In this document: one piece after another, positions 49,836 to 50,044 of the stretch
Layout of the letters: each line of letters begins with the position of its first letter
Numbering within the stretch: the stretch's first letter is position 1
Source of the DNA: Candidatus Scalinduaceae bacterium
Lineage (GTDB): Bacteria > Planctomycetota > Brocadiia > Brocadiales > Scalinduaceae
NCBI GenBank assembly: GCA_046759445.1
Contig: JBHICG010000020.1
Coordinates: 1-50,044, forward strand
Length of the DNA stretch: 50,044 bases
Direction of reading: 5' to 3'
Notes under the pieces: model-generated
The model's database searches: none
Seen by the model: the letters and a program-made list of their open reading frames with translations, nothing else
What the model was told of the DNA's origin: nothing
Translations under genes and position numbers: made by a program

Positions 49836-50044
49836 ATGAGTAACTCACACTCACCTGATAAAGACTATGACCTCGTCTCAAAAGGCGCTGAACTATGCCA
49901 ATCCTGCGGACTTTGCTGTAAGGGAATGCTGCACGACCGTATAGACCTTGAAATTGATGAGACCGAACTAGTAAGCCAACTGGGACTAACCCCTTACCAG
50001 AAGAAAGTTGATTACGATGCTTTCGATTTGCCATGTCCATGTTT
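49836..50044 (+). CDS. YkgJ family (CxxCxxCC) cysteine-cluster protein, partial
   Basis: Hand translation MSNSHSPDKDYDLVSKGAELCQSCGLCCKGMLHD...FDLPCPC. Open to the window edge and not in the ORF track. Confidence 0.8.
   Translation, partial: MSNSHSPDKDYDLVSKGAELCQSCGLCCKGMLHDRIDLEIDETELVSQLGLTPYQKKVDYDAFDLPCPC

Noticed and set aside
49834..50040. Minus-strand 68-aa ORF
   Set aside because: Shadow of the plus-strand CxxCxxCC gene.

Overview
AT-rich bacterial window. The PurH sequence and repeat types suggest an anammox planctomycete (Brocadiales/Scalindua-like), but this is inference only. The left end holds the 5' tip of ppdK (-) and purH (+). About 41 kb (2.1-42.9 kb, all minus strand) is a Wzx/Wzy-type exopolysaccharide/capsule locus: wza, wzc, wzx, a putative wzy, two paralogous initiating sugar transferases, nucleotide-sugar enzymes and about eight glycosyltransferases. 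It also carries many tailoring enzymes (6 SAM methyltransferases, 2 B12-binding radical SAM, 2 radical SAM/SPASM-like, SGNH, YdcF) and a patch of gene relics at 38.1-39.6 kb. Divergent from it are an outer-membrane beta-barrel and an NTP_transf_5 nucleotidyltransferase. The best novelty candidate is a GC-richer minus-strand operon at 46.7-49.4 kb. It begins with a 59-aa ORF absent from the ORF track (49189-49368), whose leader combines a twin-arginine (Tat-like) signal with a YxxP RRE-binding motif and whose core is Cys-x-Pro x3 ending in Ser. It is followed by a radical SAM/SPASM enzyme fused to a PqqD/RRE domain and an HprK-related kinase interrupted by one in-frame TGA. This looks like a RiPP system next to the polysaccharide locus that I do not recognise as described. 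The window also has nested palindromic REP/MITE-like elements, one inserted in frame in the Wza signal peptide.
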